Shown here: one piece after another, positions 24,678 through 37,084 of the stretch
Position numbering within the stretch: the first letter of the stretch is position 1
Layout of the letters: every line of letters starts with the position of its first letter
DNA from: Chiloscyllium plagiosum
Lineage: Eukaryota
DNA: 64,000 nt
Assembly: GCF_004010195.1 (NCBI RefSeq)
Contig: NC_057749.1
Coordinates: forward strand, 24,822,979-24,886,978
Reading direction: 5' to 3'
Program-made: the position numbers and the translations under genes
Notes under the pieces: generated by a model
What the model saw: the letters and a program-made list of their open reading frames with translations, nothing else
Told to the model about the DNA's origin: nothing
Database searches by the model: none

Positions 24678-25884
24678 CAAATGGGACTAGTCTAGTTTGG
24701 GATTATGTTTGGCATGGACTGGTTGGTCTGTTTCCATGCTGTGACTCTATACTCCCCAATCTTCTATGCGACTGTTTTCTGCAGTCTTTCTCCTTTTAAA
24801 TAATATTCACTCCCTCTATTCTTCCAAGCAAAAGTGCATAACTTCACATTTTTCCACATTATACTCCATTTGATAAATCTTGCTCACTCATTTAATCTAT
24901 AACCCTCTGTAAAATTCTTTGACTCATCCTCACCACTTGCATTCCTACCTATGTTTATGTCCTGAGAGTGTGAAGGTTTGAGATGTCACCCTACTTATGA
25001 TCTTTTGGAAACCAGGATACCTTTAATAGTCACTAAAATAATACAAGACATTGTGGATGCTGGAAATCTGAAACAAACAGAGAGCATGCTGGAGAAACCC
25101 AACAGGTCTGGCAGCATTTGTGGACAGAAACAGAGTTAAATGTTTGAATCTGGTATGAGTTTTCTTTGAAACTGTGGGCTTAAAACGTTAATTCTGTTTC
25201 TCTCTCCAGATGCTGCCAGACTTGCTGAGTTTCTCCAGCACTCAAAATGATTGTCTCATTAATATTACACCCTTTGGCAAAACATAATCCCTATGTTTTA
25301 TTTTGTTAAAAATGTTCCCACAGCATTATTTACTGCGGTTCCTCTCAAAGATAAATAGGATTATCAGGACAACTTTCTTGATCCCTGCCTGGGAGACAAC
25401 TGGAAGAAAAATCCATTGATATCAACATTCATTTTTTGAAAGTTTAGTCTTTGTGGAGCCCGTGCAACTTGCAATTTGTTTTGGTACAGGGCCACTGTGT
25501 AAACTCAACCACATCTGTTCTGGGGAATGGGCTTCAGATTGTATTAGCGGCAGGACATGTGCAAGAACGACGTAATATTAGCATAGACCTGATAGCTCCA
25601 ACCCCTTTCACTGTATTGCAATTCTGTCCCCTTAAAAATGTTGGCATTGTGGAAGTTACCCTTGGTACTGCATTGGGGTATCACCTATTTTCGAGCTCAA
25701 GTCTTTGGAGTCAGATCTGATCCCACAAATTTCGAAGGGAATGAGCTGTGTACTATGCTACAATTTGGCATATACAGATCACAACGAACAAAATTTTTAT
25801 TTATTTCATACACATTCCACTGCAAAGCTTCTCCTTATCAAAAAATTGGGTGAGACCACATTGTAATTGGGATTATGTTCAGCA

Positions 25885-26053
25885 TAGCTGAAAGTGAGGA
25901 TGGCAGATGCTGGAGATCAGAGTCAAGATTAGAGTGGTGCTGGAAAAGCACAGCAGGTCATTCCTGATGAAGGGCTTTTGCCCGAAACGTCGATTTTCCT
26001 GCTCCTCGGATGCTGCCTGACCTGCTGTGCTTTTCCAGCACCACTCTAATCTT
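25885..26053. mobile_element. Penelope-derived inverted-repeat mini-element (family B)
   Basis: Inverted arms; flanked by the 14-bp direct repeat GATTATGTTCAGCA (25871-25884 / 26054-26067). Confidence 0.8.
25960..25995 (+). ncRNA. Minimal hammerhead ribozyme (family B), core intact
   Basis: AUUC-CUGAUGA-A-GGGC-UUUU-GCCC-GAAA-CGUC-GAUU: stem II GGGC/GCCC, palindromic ACGU stem III, GUC cleavage triplet ending at 25991. Confidence 0.75.
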
Positions 26054-26114
26054 GATTATGTTCAGCACAGACTGGTTGGACTGAAGGGTCTGTTTCCATA
26101 CTGTATAACTCTAT

Positions 26115-26214
26115 GTAAAAGAGTTTCAGGAAGTTTACCTGTAGTGGTGTTAAACTGGATCAGCTCCTCAATCTGTCTCACGAGCAGCGGATTGAGTTGT
26201 ACTATGTTCAAAGG
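26115..26214 (+). pseudogene. RPS15: RPS15 pseudogene fragment (copy 3)
   Basis: KSFRKFTCSGVKLDQLLNLSHEQRIELY. Confidence 0.85.
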
Positions 26215-26834
26215 AATTTTCTTCTTTTATAAACATTTGGTTTGCCACAACTCGGAGTTCCCTCTAATCCTTGCTGACCTCCTCAACGCTGTTCAGATTG
26301 CATCTCCTTCATTAAAGACTAATTTAGTCTCAAATGCAAGTCATGACATGTTTAAACCTCTTTAAAATTGGCATTTGGTAAACATGAAAGCAGTCTCGTC
26401 CTCAAAAAGGTTGAAGATAAACAAATGCCTCAGCTATTAATAATTCCAAGCAGAAGACATCAGAATGGCCTGAGAACTAATCCAATGTCAAAGGTCATTG
26501 ATATGGGAACTCTTTCCCAGACCAGTCGTATCACTTCCTGGAGCCTGATACACATCTGAGAAATCAAACCAGGCAGGCTCCAGTGGAGATTTTTCCTGAT
26601 AACGTCTGTATGTGAGGGACCATAATGCACTAACTAATGGCCTGTGTTTCACTAAAGGTCAGGGGAGGGGTCCTCGCTCATGTGGAGCAAGGTCGGAAGT
26701 GGTTTGTAATGTTGAGTAGTTCCTGTCAGCTGGCCCCTTGGGACCTTTAAAGGTTCTCATGTGGAAATTATTAGGTAACAAAAATGTACACTGTTGGGGT
26801 TTTCAGTATTTTGCCAATGCATTACAATGACCAG

Positions 26835-27500
26835 TGGGTAGCACGGTGGCTCAGTGGTTAGCACTGCTGCCTCATAGCTGCAGGGACCAGGGTTCGATTC
26901 CACCCTCTGTCTGTGTGGAGTTTGCACATACTCCCCGTGTCTGCGTGGGTTTCCTCCCAACGATGAGCAGGTTGGTTGGATTGACCATGGGAAATTGCCC
27001 CATAGTGTCCAAGGCTGCGTAGGTTAGGTGTGTTAGCCATGAGAAATGCAGGGTTATAAGGATAGGGGTAGGAGGATGCTCTTTGGAGGGTTGATGTGGA
27101 CTTGTTGGGCCAAACGGCCCACTTCCACACTGTAGGGATGCTATGGAGTGTTTGAGAGAAAGGGACAGACCAGTGTCATATGACAGAGCAGGACAACCTT
27201 AATCATAGAATCCCCACAGTGGGGAAGCAGGGCTTTTGGTCTATCGAGTCCACGCTGACCCTCTGAAAAAACATGCCACAATCCCTGCTAATCTCTCCAG
27301 TCTGCATATCCCTGGACATTAAAGGGCAATTTAGCACAGCCAATCACCTAACTTGCACATCTTTGGACTGTGGGAGGAAACCACGCAGAAATGGGGAAAA
27401 TGTGCAAACTCCACACAGACAGTCACCCAAGGGTGGAATTGAACCTGGGACGCTGGTGCTGTGAGGCAGCAGTGCTAACCACTGAGCCACCGTGCTGCCT
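26835..27500. mobile_element. Two HE1 SINEs, tail-to-tail (+ ~26835-27145; - ~27200-27500)
   Basis: Both show the tRNA head and GGAGTTTGCACA core. Confidence 0.85.
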
Positions 27501-27639
27501 TATGTCTGTACTGTTCTTATATCTGGGGTATTTACTACTGTATGTGGACAGTCTGGATCAAGAGCGCCTTCTTAACATGACATATACCATGACGATTGTG
27601 CCATTGACATATAGTGTGGTTATTTCTTGCTGTAAGTAG

Positions 27640-27835
27640 GGGATCAGTTAGCTGGTTTGCAATGCAGAATAATGCTAACAGCATGGGTTCAGTTCCAACA
27701 CCAGCTGAGGTTACCATGAAGGACTCTCCTTCTCAACCTTCCCCCTGCTTCCCTCTCACTTGAGCCTCAGTTTGAGCCATCACCAGATTCCTCTCTGTCA
27801 TGAGGCAGCAGCTCTGTGGTCCAGTAAGATTTTAC
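27640..27835 (+). mobile_element. tRNA-derived SINE of a separate family
   Basis: GGGTTCA(G/A)TTCC..GCTGAGGTTACCATGAAGGA motif recurs at ~51410-51545 (-), ~61270-61460 (-) and ~63225-63410 (+). Confidence 0.6.
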
Positions 27836-29254
27836 CGCAATGGAAGGCTGATGTCGAATAGTGTGTAAAACCGAATGGCCGATGTTATCAATGGCCCCTT
27901 TTCCAACCATGTTTAAATGGAAAGTTTCACCCGCACAGTGCCCCAGGCTGCTTCCTGTTAGACCTGTCTGCTCAGATAGTCAGGGTTTCTGTCCAGTACA
28001 GTGATTGTCACATCACACTTTATGTCAATCAATGATCATTTCCAGAGAGAGAGTCTAACCACCTCCCAATGATATTCAACATCCCTGGGGTTACCACTGA
28101 TCAAAAACTGAACTGCATCAGCCAAGTAAATACAATGGCTATAAGAACAGGATACTGTGGTGACTAACTCATCTCCTGACTCCTCAAGACCCATCCACCA
28201 TTGACAAGGCCTAAGTCAGGAGTGTGCCTGGATGAATGCAGCTCCAACAACTCTCAAGAAGCTCAACACCATCCAAGTTGAAGCAGTTCGCTTTATTTTT
28301 ACCACATCCACCATCTTAAAAGTTTACTCCCTTTATCACTGCGGCATAGTGGCAGTGTACCGTCTATGAAATATGCTGCTCTAACTCCAACTAATTTGTG
28401 CCAAGGTTACGAAAAGTATGTTCAAATGATTGTTCACATAATGCAAATGATTGTTCACATAGTTGAGCACAACAACACTCTTCGCAAGGCAATACTTTTA
28501 TTTTCAAGATTGGCAACGTGGTGGTTAACACTGCTGCCTCACAGCCCCAGGGACCTGGGTTCAATTCCAATCTCGGGCAACTGTCTGTGTGGAGTTTGCA
28601 CGTTCTCCCCGTGTCTGCGTGGGTTTCCTCTAGGTGCTCCAGTTTCCTCCCACAGTCCAAAGATGTGCGGGTTGGCCGTGGGTAATTGCCCATAGTGTCC
28701 AGGGATGTGTGAGGCCAGTGAATTGTCTGGCTATGGGATATGATTAGAGTGGTGCTGGAAAAGCACAGCAGGTCAGGCAGTATCCGAGGCGCAGAAAAAT
28801 TGATTAGAGCACCATTCTAACCTTGACTCTAATCTCCAGCATCTGCAGTACCCACTTCTGGCTATGGGATATGCAGGGTTACAGGGATAGGGTGGGTGGG
28901 ATGCTCTTTGGAGGGTTGGTGTGGGTCGACTGGCCTGCTTCCAGACCATGGGGTTCCTATGATATACTAATCCCCTCTGGAGAAGAAACTTGCCATCCTT
29001 CCCTGGTGTTGTGAACATCTGACTCTGTGGGCAGTTAATGAATGCTGGCCTAACCAATGATGCCCACCTCCAGTTAATCTTTTTAAAGCAAGACACAAAA
29101 GGAGTCATATTAAATGCAAATCTTTCAATAAATGCTGGCTCAGCAATTACGCCCACATCCCATGAATGAATAAAGAAAGTCCCGGGCAGTGTGGAGCAGT
29201 TAGGTAGATCGGCTACAGATTGAATGGGGGGGGGGGGGAGTTGCAAAACAGTAA

Positions 29255-29568
29255 TTAGATTAGATTACATTACAGTGTGGAAACAGGCCCTTCGGCCCAA
29301 CAAGTCCACACCGACCCGCCGAAGCGCAACCCACCCATACCCCTACATTTACCCCTTACCTAACACTACGGGCAATTTAGCATGGCCAATTCACCTAACC
29401 TGCACATCTTTGGACTGTGGGAGGAAACTGGAGCACCCGGAGGAAACCCACACAGACACGGGGAGAACGTGCAAACTCCACACAGTCAGTTGCCTGAGGC
29501 GGGAATTGAACTCGGGTCTCAGGCGCTGTGAGGCAGCAGTGCTAACCACTGTGCCACCGTGCCGCCCA
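29255..29568 (-). mobile_element. HE1 SINE, young subfamily
   Basis: CpG-rich and nearly identical to the copies at 43456-43765 and 53318-53629; (TAATC/TAATG)n tail. Confidence 0.95.
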
Positions 29569-31069
29569 CAAATGGGAAGAAGTTATTGCAGGCATAGTGA
29601 CGGTGGTCAGCATGAGGCTTGGTGTGGGACAGGCGCATTAGCAGAGATAGGGTGAGGTAGCAGACAGAAGGTTGTGGCACTGGTTGGATGAAGATGGACA
29701 TTAATCTTCCTCCAGTGCTGGATATCCCTCCAGATGGTTGAGACTGGGTGGCAAACCAGGATCAGGCTGTCATGGTCTTCTGTCACAGCCTCCTCTCCTA
29801 GTCCTTGGGGGAAAAGGGAAATCTCGAGTTGGCACCACCCCATCTGGCAGGACACCTAGGACCCTGCCCACTAAGTGGGGCACCGATTTCCTTTTGTCTT
29901 CCATGTCTGGGCCAAATGGCCAGGAATCATGTAGGGGAGGCTCTGGACTGACAACGGTTGCACAACAGGCTTTTTAAGATGGCGCGGTTGCCAGGTGGTG
30001 AGTGGGTTCTAGGATAATCATCGAGTGGCGAGTTGCTCTGGGCACAGTGTGTGGTAAGGTGGGATAAAATCACAGACATGAGAGCTGCAGTAAGGGCATG
30101 AAGGCTTATTAATGAGACAGGTTTAGTAAGATACCCTGTTAGGCGCCACAGCAATAGATTAACAGTCCAGTGATAATGCTATTGGACCATTCCCTCCCCC
30201 TTGGGACATTGTGCTTCCAGGTCTGATAGTCTCTCAGGGCCTAGCAAAGAGTAGTTGCTTCAACAAGCTCAGATCCTCCACCAATGATAGGGCAGGTGAG
30301 GTTACAAAATGGGCAATGTTTGGTCCCAAGGATTGTTGCAGTTGGGTGCCCATCTCTGAGTGGGTGTGATGATAGGCTTCCCTGGCTGTGGGCCATGAGA
30401 TCTGCCGGGGGTAGGGAGGGTGCAGGCAATACATCAGCGAGCCGTACCAACACGCCTCTTCACTACTTCCCGAGGCTCCTGCCTCCCCTCCCCTCTCCTA
30501 CACTCCTGTCGCCCCGGGAACTGGGAAAACCCATCCCAATCCATGGACGGAGTGAAGAAGCAAGGCTGGCCTTGGGGCGGGGTGAGTTATTTCCTCCGTT
30601 ACACTGTGAGCTCACCCTCCCACTGGAAACTGGTTCACAGCGTGAAAGAAAGAGGAAGTCATTCCCAAGATCTGCCTCGATACACTTCCTGTGTTTCTGA
30701 CAGCAGAAGTTTGGTGAAACTAAAAGTACATTTCGATAAATGACAACAAATCAGTATAAGGTCCAGGGATGGAGGGGCGATGGAACAAAAGGACTGAGTT
30801 TTAGCCAGACCGTGGGTTGAATATAAATTAACAAATCAGCTTTTCGAGGCTTTTAACATAATAAGACGGTTGAAGCAGCGTGAACTTTCCACACTGTAAT
30901 GTAATCTAAATGTAATGTAATGTAATCTAAAAAACTTTACAGGATAGGAGGGAGGCCATTCAGCCCACTATGCCTGTGCTATATGATCAAGACTTAGACC
31001 ATAAGTCATAGGGGCTGAAGTAAGCCATCAGACTTTCCTTATTATCCAATTTTACCCACTTGGAGATTC

Positions 31070-31610
31070 TTCCTCACCTCCTGACTCCCCCAAAGCCTGT
31101 CCACCACCTCCAAGGCACAAGTCAGGAGTGTGATGGAATACTCGCCACTTGTCTGGATGAGTGCAAGTCCAACAACACTCAAGAGGCTTGACACCATTCA
31201 GGACAAAGCAGCCCCCGCTTGACTGGCACCACATCCACAAGGATCCACTCCCTCCATCACTGACGCAATGTGTACTGTCTACAAGATACACTGAAGTAAT
31301 TGTCCAAGGTTTCTTAGACAGCACTTTTCAAATCCATAATCACTACCATCTGAAAGGACAAGGGCAGCAGATACTTGGGAACACCAGCCCCTGCAAGTTC
31401 CCCTCCAAACCACTGCTCATTCTGACTTGAAATGCATCACCACTCGTTCAGCGTCGGGTCAAAATCCTGGAATTCCCTCCCTAAGGGCATTGTGGGTCAA
31501 CCCACAGCAGGTGGACTGCAGCGGTTCAAGATGGCAGCTCACCCCCACTTTCTCCAGGGGCAACGAGGGATTGGGAAGCCAACAAAACCCACATGTTGGG
31601 AATAAATAAA
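31070..31610 (+). mobile_element. Jockey-superfamily (CR1/L2-group) LINE 3' fragment, second family
   Basis: KAQVRSVMEYS.L.WMSA.PTTLKRLDTIQDKAA..; relatives at ~28075-28380, ~55620-56300, ~60680-61020 and an internal RT piece at ~48905-49153. Confidence 0.7.
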
Positions 31611-33279
31611 GGAAGTGGAGATTGTGTACAACACATTTGTCACGACACGTTCATCACAAGACCCATTGTATTTAATTTAGCTGATCCCCAAACCTTCAAA
31701 ACTAAACTTGCACATTTAAAATTTATTGCCACTTTTGATATATTTGCTGCTGCCCCAGTTTTGCTAATTCAACTGGGATAACCAGTTTTCTGACTTCTAC
31801 CCATCCTGTACGCTCTTAGGCCTTTAAGAGATTCACATCAGCATGTTTAATGTTTGACTGTGGAAAGCTATATCGGTGTTTCACAAACCCTGGAGAGATC
31901 GGAAGGTAAATGAATTTGACTTCAGCTATGTTATGTACATACCTGTCCATTGTTTTTATTCACTCACTGGCCAAGCCAGCATGTATTGCCCGTTCCTAAT
32001 TGTCAGGTCTGGAGTCACATGTAGGCCAGTCCGGGTTACCCATTCAGACACACATATATACACACACGCACACATATACACACACACACACATGCACATA
32101 TACGCACACGCACACACACATAAACATATATACATACACATAGACATTCTGACAGACACGGACACGCAGACAGACATATACACACACACATACGTACTCA
32201 CACGCACATGCATACACAGACAGACACACACACATGCTCACAAAAATGTACACACACAGACATTTACATATGCACATGGACATATGTGTGCATGCACACA
32301 CCCAGACAGACAGACACGTACAAATAGACATGCACACATGTTCTCACACTGACACTCAGACACACACACACACGCACACGCACACGCATGCTCTCAAATA
32401 GCCAAGTGAAAATTAACTTTGTTTCGCCCTTCGCCAATGTGGCCCAACTCACCAGCCACTTTTCTGCACTGCCTGTTTTTGTAACAATAAAATTGAACCG
32501 ATAGATTATAAGGACTTAGACAAAGTTATATATTTGAGCTTTGTATTGTCAATTATGTAATTAACTAAGTTATCAAATGCTAATTAAGTCTCTTCATATA
32601 TTATCGCTAATGATGCAATAATTAAACTTCTCAAGTTTCATGAAAATAAGAGTTATAGTATTGGAGTAATTAGCGAAGTCTATTTTCTAATTAACCTAAT
32701 TAATATGAGTAAATGAAGTCTATTTAATATGGATCATTTTTATGTTAACCGCCCCCCACTGTCATGAAAATAAAATTCTGTAATTGGAAGATAACCTGCA
32801 CGATAGGGCCTTCCAAGAACTGGCAACTTATAACAACACAGAGAATGCTGGAGAAACTCAGCAAGTCTGGCAGCCTCCATGGGGAGAGAGAAATGGAGTT
32901 AAATGTTTTGAATCCAGTAGGACCCCTCCTCAGAACACTATCTTCCAAGAACTGACTGGACGTACCTCACTGATAATGTGGCGTGGAGTTGTTTGCATTG
33001 TACTAAACCCCGCAATGGAATTGTGGGATGAATTTCATATTAAAACATCTAAAGTTCCCTGTCTTTCCTACATGCTCTGGGTAAATTACCAACTGGAAGC
33101 TGTATCATCAAAAACGGAGTCATAGAGCCATACAGCACGGAAACTGACCCTTTGGTCCAACTCGTCCCTGACTTCGCAATACAATCTAGTCTCATTTGCC
33201 AGTATTTGCCCTATATTCCTCTAAATCCCTCCTATTCACATACTCATCCAGATGCCTTTTAAATGTTGCAATTGTAACG

Positions 33280-33780
33280 TGTATATATGTGTGTAATATG
33301 TTTGTGTTTGTGTTTGTGTGTGTCTGTATGTGTGTCCATATTTGTGCATGTGTGGATGTGTGTGTGTGTGTGTGTGTGTGTATGTGAGTATATATCTGTG
33401 TGTGTATATATGTGTGTGCGTGTGTGTATGTTTGTGTGTGCACACGTGTGTGTTTGTATGTGTCTATGTATGTGCATGTGTGTGCGTGTGTGTCTGTATA
33501 TGTATATGTATGTGCATGTGCATGTGTGTATGTGTCTGTGTGTATATGTGTATGTTTGTGTTTCGTGTGTGTGTGTATGTGAGTATATATCTGTGTGTGT
33601 ATATATGTGTGTGCGTGTGTGTATGTTTGTGTGTGCACACGTGTGTGTTTGTATGTGTCTATGTATGTGCATGTGTGTGCGTGTGTGTCTGTATATGTAT
33701 ATGTATGTGCATGTGCATGTGTGTATGTGTCTGTGTGTATATGTGTATGTTTGTGTTTGCGTGTGTGTGTGTTTGTGAGA
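33280..33780. repeat. Degenerate (TG)n tract containing a 195-bp near-perfect tandem duplication
   Basis: The sequence at ~33370-33562 recurs 195 bp later. Confidence 0.85.
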
Positions 33781-33781
33781 G

Positions 33782-34620
33782 AATGGCTCAAAGGTAGAAG
33801 ACAGAGGGTGGTGGTGAAGACTTGCTTTTCAGACTGGAGGCCTGTGACCAGTGGAGTGCCACAAGGATCGGTACTGGGCTCACTACTTTTCATCATTTAT
33901 ATCAATGATTTGGATGTGAGCATAAGAAGTACAGTTAGTAAGTTTGCAGATGACACCGAAATTGGAGGCGCAGTGGACAGCGAAGAGGGTTACCTCAGAT
34001 TACAACAGGATCTGCACCAGATGGGCCAATGGGCTGGTCATGTTGCGGCTGTACAGGACATTGGTTAGACCACTGTTGGAATATTGCATGCAATTCTGGT
34101 CTCCTTCCTATTGGAAAGATGTTGTGAAACTTGAAAGAGTTCAAGAAAGATTTACAAGGATGTTGCTAAAATTGGAGGATTTGAGCTACAAAGAGAGGCT
34201 GAACAGGCTGGGGCTGTTTTCTCTGGACCATCGGAGGCTGAGGGGTGACCTTATAGAGGTTTATAAAATCATGAGGGCATGGATGGGATAAATAGACAAA
34301 GTTTTTTTGCTGGGGTGGGGTGGGGTCCAGAACTAGAGGGCATAGGTTTAGGGTGAGAGGGGAAAGATAGAGACCTAAGGGGCAACTTTTTCACGCAGAG
34401 GGTGGTATGTGTAGGGAATGAGCTGCCAGAGGAAGTGGTGGAGGCTGGTACAATTGCAACATTTAAGAGGCATTTGGATGGATATATGAATAGGAAGGAT
34501 TTGGAGGGATATGGGCCGGGCGCTGGCAGGTGGGACTAGATTGGGTTGGGATATCTGGTCGGCATGGACAGGTTGGACCGAAGGGTCTGTTTCCATTCTG
34601 TACATCTCTATGACTGTATG
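33782..34620 (+). mobile_element. CR1/HER1 LINE 3' portion with internal deletion
   Basis: WLKGRRQRVVV..GVPQGSVLG..KFADDT..; 3' tail present. Confidence 0.9.
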
Positions 34621-37084
34621 AAAACAAAGGGAGACCATTCTGGTCCATGCTGCTCAAGAGCCGCTGCTCCCACTCCCTTGTCATCTGCCTTTAAACCCCA
34701 TCCTCCAACCTATCACCGCTATGTAAACGCAACTTATTGGCTATAGCTGTCTCCTTACAGGGCCACTAATGTGAAAGAGATACAGACCTCAGTGGGAATT
34801 ATGCACAGACGTGCACAAAGATGTAGACACAGGCGATACCGTACTAGAGTTGTATTTTCTTCAGATGGTTATCCAGTTCCATTGTTAAAGAGCAGGGAGC
34901 TCTTTTGATGTTGTGTAGTGTCCCTCCCCATGGGCCACAGGTCAGGGTTCAATTCCCACTGGATCCGGAGCTGAGTCATAACATGTCTGAATTGTATGAC
35001 TGAAAGTCTCAGCAAGAGACAGCAATCTAGAGATCCCTGATACATGTTGCTGCAGACCTGATGGGCTGAATAGCCTCTCCTATATTGTATGAATCCATGA
35101 AATCTGGCCCCATTACACTGTTGGGCAGCGCAATCCCAATGCCGAGTCCACTGTGTCCAAAGGATTTCCCTACGCCCGCTGGAGTTTGTTTGTTATTCAC
35201 CTTAAGTCTCTTTGGTTCTTGACCCTCCTGCCGGTGGGAAACATTTCTGTGATGGCACCTCCCCCGGTAGTTTGAAACTCCTGGGAGAGCAGCCCTAATC
35301 TTACCTTGTCACTGAAATACTGGGGAGCACAGGTTTAAACTGAGGGAGGAGAACAGGAGATGTGTGAGGGAAGGTTTTTGGACAGAAGGTGGTAGGTGCC
35401 TGGAACGCCTTGTCAAGGGAGATGGTTGAAGCAGATAGGATAGCAATGTTTAAGAAGCATTTAGATAGAGCCATGAACAGGCAGGGAATAGAGGGATACA
35501 GACCATGTGCAGCCAGATGGGATTAGTTTGGAATGGCATCATGGTTGGCAATAGGCATGCTGGGCCGGAGGGCATGTTCCTTTGCTCTACTGTTCTATGC
35601 TCTATGCTGGGGCAGCACGGTGACTCAGTGGTTAACATTGCTGCCTCACAGCACCAGGGACCCAGGTTTGATTCCACCCTCGGACGACTGTGTGCGTGGA
35701 GTTTGCATGTTCTCCCCGTGTCTGTGTGGGCTTCCTCCCACAGTCCAAAGATGTACCGGTTAGGGTGGATTGACTATGCTAAATTAGCTCACACAGTCCA
35801 GGGATGTGCAGGCTAGGTGGATTAGCTGGGGGAATGCAGGAATGGGGCATGGGTGGAATACTGTTCAGAGGGTCAGTGTGGACTCGATGGGCTGAATGGC
35901 CTTCTTCCACGTTATAGGGAGTCTATGAAATCCCTCCATCCCTGAAGCCATATTTGTACATCTTCTTTGCAACCTCTATTCATGCCTTCTACATGCTGGG
36001 GAGATTTATGCCAGTTGTTCCCATTTGGGGAATGGAAATGTTTTTGTGTTTAGACAGTTATTGTCCAATGAATGTCTGGTTAAATATGCATTAAAAAAGC
36101 AAGACTTCCTCCCGAATACAGAAGGCAGGGTTCATTACTGTGCTGAACACTCTTCACCACGTTCAGACTCAGGTAACGGAACTGGCAAATGTCACAAACA
36201 GAAAGATTCAACAGATTTATGAGACGTCCCACTTGTTCTGTTGTACTTATGGAACCGAAATGTCATTTGTGGTTTGGACAATGTTCCCATAAAAGGAAAT
36301 TCTCGACATATTGTCTGCAGAATATTGTCTCTGACCTTTTGCCTTTGTATCTTTGTTAGTGTTTAGCTCGCACTGTTTATTCCCTCCAATTAGCAGAAAA
36401 TCGTAGCTCGAAGGAATATTTCAGCTTAAATGGCCATTAAACCTCGTCAATCTGGAGTCGAGCAGTAGCGTTCCATTGTAGACTTGCCAAATGGGTGGAC
36501 TCAGTGACTTCCATCACAAGGTTCGGAGGCAACTTGAGATTAGAATGAGTGATAGGACATTAGTTTATATTTGACTCTCTGCTTAACTTCAACAGCAAAA
36601 GAAAATGTTAGTGGAACTGTTTGGAGTTGACAGATTCCATTTAAGAGACATTTAGCATCTGCCTTTCATCTGTTTGACATATTGTGACTTGCTACATCTT
36701 TGTGCGGATCTGTATATGATCTACATTGACTTCTATATCCGTCTCACATTGATGGTCCCTACTCTGAGACAGTCAGACAACCAGCAAATTGCATTTGCAT
36801 AGCACCTTTAATATGGTAAATCTTCACAATAGAGTTGTCAAATACAATTTGGCCCCTTACCAAATAGAGAAAAAAAAACAATCTAGGCCAGGTTTTCTGA
36901 TCAGTGGCAATGATGTGCTCATAACACACTTATATTTTTGCATATCTTCAGCCTTATCTTCCAATCACAAAGCCTCCAGGCAGCAATCTAGGATGTAACT
37001 GGTGAAGAGAAGGGGAGTAGAGGACACACCCCTTTGGCCAGTATCAGCTACTGTATTCAGGCAAGTTTTTAAAGATCTTGAGTC

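Noticed and set aside
29224..29655. Recurrent ORFs containing DCGRKPEHPEETHADTGR
   Set aside because: Antisense translation of the HE1 SINE.
31876..34068. His/Thr- and Cys/Val-rich ORFs (also near 39.8-40.2, 47.5-47.8 and 48.7-49.5 kb)
   Set aside because: Translations of degenerate CA/TG microsatellites.
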